From Candidatus Bathyarchaeota archaeon (GTDB lineage: Archaea; Thermoproteota; Bathyarchaeia; Bathyarchaeales; Bathycorpusculaceae): DNA of 64,000 nucleotides. The position numbers and the translations under genes were made by a program. Below are positions 62,515 to 64,000 of this stretch, one piece after another; the stretch's first letter is position 1; each line of letters starts with the position of its first letter. The stretch lies in assembly GCA_963775465.1 (NCBI GenBank), contig CAVZIW010000004.1:32001-96000 (forward strand). Reading direction: 5' to 3'. The notes below the pieces were generated by a model. That model had not been told where the DNA came from and searched no databases. It was given only the letters and a program-made list of their open reading frames with translations.

Positions 62515-62823
62515 CTACATCCTGACGCCTAAGGATTTGCTGACTAAATCAGCCAAATTCACTTCGCTCATTTTTCCACTGCTTGCTGGAACTTCCACGA
62601 TCAGGGGGCTAGTACGCGAACGCCTAACGTCGTTAATAATTCCATGAATTTGCTGATCAAGCGAGAATTCTTCACTTATTATGATAATAGCTAAGTCGTT
62701 GCGGGTTAAGGCTTCTTCTAAAGATTCTTTAGCGTTGGTTACCGAAATTGCTTCGGCGCTTTCAATACCAACGAGCCTAAAACCAGTAGCCATGTTGTTA
62801 TCGCCTATGACCAAACCCAGCAT
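62515..62823 (-). CDS. atpF: A/V-type ATP synthase subunit F
   Basis: VIGD...TGFRLVGI, IIIISE, PLIVEVP, SLGV. Confidence 0.9.
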   Translation of the reverse strand: MLGLVIGDNNMATGFRLVGIESAEAISVTNAKESLEEALTRNDLAIIIISEEFSLDQQIHGIINDVRRSRTSPLIVEVPASSGKMSEVNLADLVSKSLGVRM

Positions 62824-62882
62824 ACAGCTATCCTCAATGAAAGTTTAATTCTTAGGTTAATTTATATTTTTGTTAGAGAAGC

Positions 62883-64000
62883 ATGCTTAGACCGGAAAGA
62901 ATGAAGCCTACTTCAGTAATTTGCGTCAAAAAAGACGTTGAGGTAGTACTGGAAGCCGTAAGCAGCTTCGGAGAATTCCATATTGAGAAAGCAAGCGAAA
63001 TCAAAAGCGTAAGTGAATATGATCAAAACATTCAGAGAGCTGAAGAAGCCCTCGTCACTGTAAATGAATTGACAAAACACCTAGTTATCCAAAAAACCGC
63101 TTTAACCGACATTTTCAAAGTAATCAAGCCAACCAAATTACAAGTTTCCTCTGAAAATTGGCAAACACTCCAAGAAGCTACAATATTGCAGAGCTCTAGC
63201 CTAAAAGGAGTTTTTGACGAACTCAACACCACACTTACAAGTCTGCAAGAAAAAGGAGCATACCTAGATCATCTGAAACGAATGTTAACAATAATTGACG
63301 AGATGGGCGTTGACCTTGAAGCAATCGAAGGACTAAAATTAATAAATATAACTATCGCAAGTGTACCGCAAAAGAATTTTCCTCATCTACTAGTAGCATT
63401 GATAGGAGTTCCAGTTATAATTCGTCGTTGTCGGTTAACAAAAGAGGCAGAATTTTTATGTTTTGCAATGGCTGAAAAGTATAAATCAAGCATCGAAAGA
63501 GCTCTTAAAACTCACCATGCAGAAATCTTCCGAATTCCTGAAAACCTGCCCCGAGAGATTTCTTTGGCTCTAAAGAGGATTAATAATCAACAAGAGGAAA
63601 ACATCGAGGAAGAAAAAAAGATTTCTTATGAATTAAAGAAGTTGGGTTCAGACAACCAAAACAAAATTATCACATGGAAAGAAACCATCGAAAACATCCT
63701 TGTGCTTCTCCAAGCTCAAAAAAAGATGCTTCAATCGGGAAGACTATCAGTTCTTAAAGGATTTGTACCCAGACAGAAGTTCCAATCGCTTTCCGAAAAG
63801 ATTCAAACTTCATTAAATGGAAAAGCACTCGTACTTGAAAATCAGTCGGTGCAAAACCCCCCAACTAAAATCGCACATAGCCGTTTTGTCAGACCATACG
63901 AGGAAATTACAAAACTCTATGGGTTGCCGCATTATGACGAAGTTGATCCAACACCAATCATCGCGATCACTTTCCCTTTAATCTTCGGTTTAATGTTTGG
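62883..64000 (+). CDS. atpI: A/V-type ATP synthase subunit I (3'-partial)
   Basis: Hand translation MLRPERM... at the start and PPTKI...PYEEITKLYGLPHYDEVDPTP...FPLIFGLMF in the same frame at the window end. Confidence 0.9.
   Translation, partial: MLRPERMKPTSVICVKKDVEVVLEAVSSFGEFHIEKASEIKSVSEYDQNIQRAEEALVTVNELTKHLVIQKTALTDIFKVIKPTKLQVSSENWQTLQEATILQSSSLKGVFDELNTTLTSLQEKGAYLDHLKRMLTIIDEMGVDLEAIEGLKLINITIASVPQKNFPHLLVALIGVPVIIRRCRLTKEAEFLCFAMAEKYKSSIERALKTHHAEIFRIPENLPREISLALKRINNQQEENIEEEKKISYELKKLGSDNQNKIITWKETIENILVLLQAQKKMLQSGRLSVLKGFVPRQKFQSLSEKIQTSLNGKALVLENQSVQNPPTKIAHSRFVRPYEEITKLYGLPHYDEVDPTPIIAITFPLIFGLMF

Overview
Archaeal chromosomal window, most likely Bathyarchaeia (MCG). The 16S gene matches MCG-specific primer/probe sites as I recall them, and the surface-protein families fit. 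From left to right it contains: a three-gene glycerol-3-phosphate dehydrogenase-like operon; a ~3-22 kb accessory region (surface proteins, pseudogene fragments, a probable Cas1 C-terminal remnant, a frameshifted DUF4365-like nuclease, a broken PAS histidine kinase, three PRC-barrel genes, many microproteins); a CoA/pantoate cluster facing an RHH-CblS-like fusion; HtrA/NfeD/SPFH; a ~14 kb polyphosphate-phosphate island (CYTH, ppk1, CHAD-metallophosphoesterase-HD fusion, ppx, ppk2, phoU, pstSCAB, AbrB-PhoU); lsm/rpl37e; a stand-alone 16S rRNA gene; and a split, divergent A/V-ATPase cluster. The best candidate for an undescribed system is a dispersed 28-bp 11-6-11 inverted repeat (core TAGTCAA-N6-TTGACTA). 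It sits directly upstream of the TATA boxes of surface-protein genes and also at breakpoints of truncated genes. It is either a dif-like recombination site for surface-gene cassettes or an operator of a surface-protein regulon. All family calls come from motif recognition, not database searches.
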